Below the pieces are notes generated by a model, which saw only the letters and a list, made by a program, of their open reading frames with translations, was not told the DNA's origin and did no database searches. 64,000 bases of DNA from Ascidiella aspersa (lineage: Eukaryota): the NCBI GenBank assembly GCA_963924565.1, contig OZ004610.1:16492001-16556000 (forward strand), given 5' to 3'. Numbering within the stretch: position 1 is the first letter of the stretch; the number at the start of each line of letters is the position of its first letter. The position numbers were made by a program, and so were the translations under genes. Shown here piece after piece: positions 60,801 through 64,000 of this stretch.

Positions 60801-63031
60801 TTTGTGCACGGTTTTGTACAATTTAAAAAATATGTAACCAACAAGCAATGTTGTGTGGTGTTTCTATAAGGCAGTGTTTGTAAACTTTTTTTACTTGGGG
60901 TAGCACCTAGAGACATATTAAAACCTGGCGGCGCACCTTGCGAGCGAAGCGAGCGCGAAATTTTTGAGGTGTACCGGTATTTGTTTTAAATTAGTGTCAA
61001 TTTTCATTATATAGGCTTTATAATTGCAAATCTTTAAAGGATCTTCAGCTTTGACCAAAATTGGAACAACGTTAACTTCGGAACAAAATACAGTTAGGAA
61101 TAAGGCGTAAATAGGACTAATACCTAAAAGTCGTAATAATGACGAAATCGGAATCTGACCTAAATGGCAAAAATAAGGCCTATACCACCTTTTATCTAAC
61201 CCTAAACCCCACCCATAACTGTCACTAACTTCCCTGATAATTTCAACCCTAACCCAATTGAAGCCAAAACAGGGGCGAAAAATCCGGGGCCAAAATAGCG
61301 GCGCCCAAATGGCGACAACAAACGGCCAATGCCTGACAAATGCCAGACATTCCATACCCTTTCCCTACAGTTTTAGCGTTATTTTGTCTATTAAAGTCTT
61401 ATTCAGATTAATTTAGGACTTATTTTGACATATTTAGGCCTTATCTAGACTATTTTACATCTTATTCTGTCGTGATTACTGCGAATTTGGCGTTATTATG
61501 TCGGTGATCTTAATACTATGGTATTATAGATTATCTAATTAAGATATTGCTACTTTGTAGGTCTTATTACGTTTTCTAATTGGAAGTACTGTGAAATCGA
61601 TGAGCTAAGTGACATTTATTGATCCAGAATTATTAACAAACGTAAAAAGTTGTAACAGCAATTGCTAAGACTTGCGTGATATTCAAGCAAATGCGTAATC
61701 CCAGCACCAAACTGAGTCCTACGTAAAAAAAAAGTTTGAAGTCAAAAATTGCTTGTCCGAGACCGATTTGCGACGTCGCTCGCTTGAGACGGACGCTCAT
61801 TGATGCGGCTTTCTTTTATGTAAAGAGACTATTTTTCTGTCTGGGAGCTTATCTATTTTACCCTACCGCCCGGCTTCTCGCTTAAGAGGGAGCATTATAA
61901 GCGACATTGCTCTGTCTGTCTTTTTAAGACCACATGTCGGTGACCGACCGGCGAACATATGGCGGCGGACAAACTTTGCTATTTATTATAAGAGATATCA
62001 CGACTTCAGCAGTACTCGCTAGTATAATTCTTAAAAAACACAGGTGCAAAAACTATTTAAATTAAATCAACCTAGCGCTGGATTTGTGTTGTTTATTAAC
62101 AGGCGTGCGACATAACCTGCAACTAGTGGCCAAAAGCAAAGAAGAAATGCCCGCCTCTAACCAGTACGAACCCGAGCTAGCACAACGCCACGTGACACGA
62201 CGAGCCCCCGCATTTTCGATGGGTTGCAAGTTGCCTAACAAGATCTGGGTTAAAACCTGTAAGTGATGATAACGTATGCGCTTCTTTTGTCTTTTGTCAG
62301 GCGTTATTTACATCCATGAGTGAAACTTTTTCAGTAAAAATGAACACGAGAAACGTACATCAAGACAGGCGTTTAACCGTATTCAACAATACAAGTTTCC
62401 TGAAAATATTACTATTTTCTTTTTAACTTTTTTCACGTTTAACCATAAAAATCACAATTTTAATTAAACACAGTTCCCAGGCCACGCGTCTCAATACTAC
62501 ACCTGCTAAAACATAGTCTGTTGTATCCTTATTATCATCGTTATAAAATACAGTTTTAACTTAATAAAAGAACAGGTTAATTGTCGAGTTTTTTTTTCTA
62601 AATGTAATTCAAACCTCTGACCTTCCTTTGTAAGGGATTCACATAAATTCACAGAGGGTCTGTAAATAAATCAACCAATTCACGACAGAAATATAAAATA
62701 GTTAAAATTTTCGCGCTTTATATGCATCAAATCATACGCGGTTAATTCACTTTCAGCTGCCTTAGATGTTTGCACATGTGTGGTAAAGTGATGGATGTTT
62801 CTTTTACAGTTTCGACAAAATCTATTTGCTGTTACTATTGCTACGTTAATAGTTATTTTATGGCTAAACGCCAATAAGTTTGCTTTTCTGTTTGAAGTAA
62901 ACGTTCCAGCCCCAAACTGTTACAACCCCAAGTCGTCCATTCGATCTGTGCGTCCCACTCATCCCGCTTTTACCATGTGTGTCGAAAGGAGGTTCAAGCG
63001 GCACGATATCGGCCCGTTTGCTACATTGTAA
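57881..63031 (+). CDS. STPG3: STPG3-like (sperm-tail PG-rich / SHIPPO-repeat) protein, 9 exons, ~357 aa
   Basis: Exons 57881-58058, 58141-58238, 58308-58387, 58563-58619, 58740-58798, 59043-59186, 59450-59617, 62103-62258, 62898-63031; phase-consistent. SHIPPO-type repeats GPSPTTY..APAYSFG, PASNQY..APAFSMG, PAPNCY..HPAFTM. The block GSGQKAWSKLWFRSHSPFTHK..WPTAPHY resembles STPG3 as I recall it. Confidence 0.75.
59680..61820. repeat. Old tandem duplication in STPG3 intron 7, second copy interrupted
   Basis: 59680-59830 resembles 60305-60440 (aaaaagctgcgtc.aacgtca, tttaaaataaaaattgctt). 59930-60200 resembles 61665-61820 (gacttg.gtgatattcaagcaaa, tgcgacg.c.ctcgcttgagacg). Confidence 0.75.
61850..61996 (-). 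mobile_element. Helitron/HINE-like 5' terminus fragment
   Basis: Minus strand reads a|tctcttataataaatagcaaagtttgtc (TC start after A, Helitron-like), with a ctgtctgtc microsatellite nearby. Confidence 0.35.
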
Positions 63032-63857
63032 CACGTAACTTCAAGAAAGCTACTCATCTAACAGCTCGTAAATTTTACATTTCGATTCGTACGTTGTTGT
63101 TGCATGTAGCTGTCATATTGTTTATCAATGAAATATTTTTATCTAGTCTTTTTTACTTTATTAGTTGTTTAAAATATGCTTTTTCTACTCACCCACCGGA
63201 TGAGGATACTTTCGCGCACTTCACATTTATTGGTGATTTGTTAAATTGTCTAAAACGCCATATGCCAAATACTTTTCCGTTCTTTCCTGTTATTGTCAAG
63301 TAATGAATGTTTCCTTTGTACAATATGCTCACTACGCTTTGTATGATCCTAACCGTCCCAATAGTTGTCATGCCAAACAGTTGTTATCAGGATATATGTT
63401 GTTGCGCTCATTAAGCCACAGATTAATGTGTCCACATGAGTGGAGCGTATTTTATCCTTGTGCCTAATTTACTGTTCCAATTTTCGTATAATATGCATCA
63501 GCTGTCTGCCTTTCCGCCACATCGAGATTGCCTTCTGCACTGTGATTTTTGTCCTTCTCGTCATTATGCTAAAATATTTTACATTTCTTTATAATAAACA
63601 AATAACTGCAAGGAATAAGTTACATTAGTGCTCGGTGACCCCACAAGTAAAGAAGACCATTTTGTTAACCATATATGTCTTCCCTATTAATAAGGGCGTT
63701 GTAGCGCTGTTTCTGTTGGAACAGTTTGAAGAAAAGCTTTAAAGGCTTCACGTCAAAAGTAAATTAAAAAAAAAGTTGTTACTTCTTTCGTTCAGTGAAG
63801 TTGCTTGTCATTATTTAATAAAGACTATTTATGCTGTGTATATATTACATATAACCC

Positions 63858-64000
63858 AGTGGGTCTTAACCAGGGTTCGACGCAGCTGTTTCAAGGGTTC
63901 GGCGAGAACGTCCTCTAAAACACTGGTCGGCAACCGCCGGTCCGCGGACCGGTGCCGGTCCGCGAGGAGTTAGTTACCGGTCCGTAGCAGGGTTGCCAGA
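63858..64000. mobile_element. Stacked hAT-MITE left ends (truncated by the window)
   Basis: cagtgggtcttaacc; cactggtcggcaacc followed by the perfect palindrome ccggtccgcggaccgg and ggtccg repeats; cagggttgccaga at the window end. Confidence 0.55.

Noticed and set aside
61190-61260. Interstitial telomere or chromosome fusion site
   Set aside because: Only isolated degenerate CCCTAA units within a dispersed repeat; no tandem array.

Overview
Eukaryotic, AT-rich, intron-containing genomic DNA. The compact introns, chordate-type gene set and mosaic CpG content suggest an ascidian/tunicate (inference). I reconstructed six protein-coding genes by hand from splice sites and reading frames. (1) SoxC (Sox4/11/12), + strand: HMG-box exon 1430-2953, spliced across a 19.6-kb intron to a transactivation-domain exon 22518-22688. 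(2) A TRF/TERF-like telomere-repeat-binding gene, - strand, 39884-27581, largely missed by the ORF track; it appears to encode TWO telobox Myb domains. (3) An XKR4/6/7-like scramblase, + strand, 40768-50852, with a ~560-aa cytoplasmic tail carrying candidate caspase sites, a KEN box and a terminal D-box. (4) A DUSP23-like phosphatase, - strand. (5) COPS4 with an intronless CDS, - strand, only 262 bp upstream of DUSP23 (candidate trans-spliced operon). (6) An STPG3-like SHIPPO-repeat gene, + strand. Mobile DNA comprises a decayed full-length SPIN/Buster-type hAT transposon with an 8-bp TSD in XKR intron 1, several hAT MITEs, a palindromic MITE with telomere-like motifs next to the TRF start, a LINE RT fragment and Helitron-like termini. 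All gene models are manual, unverified predictions.
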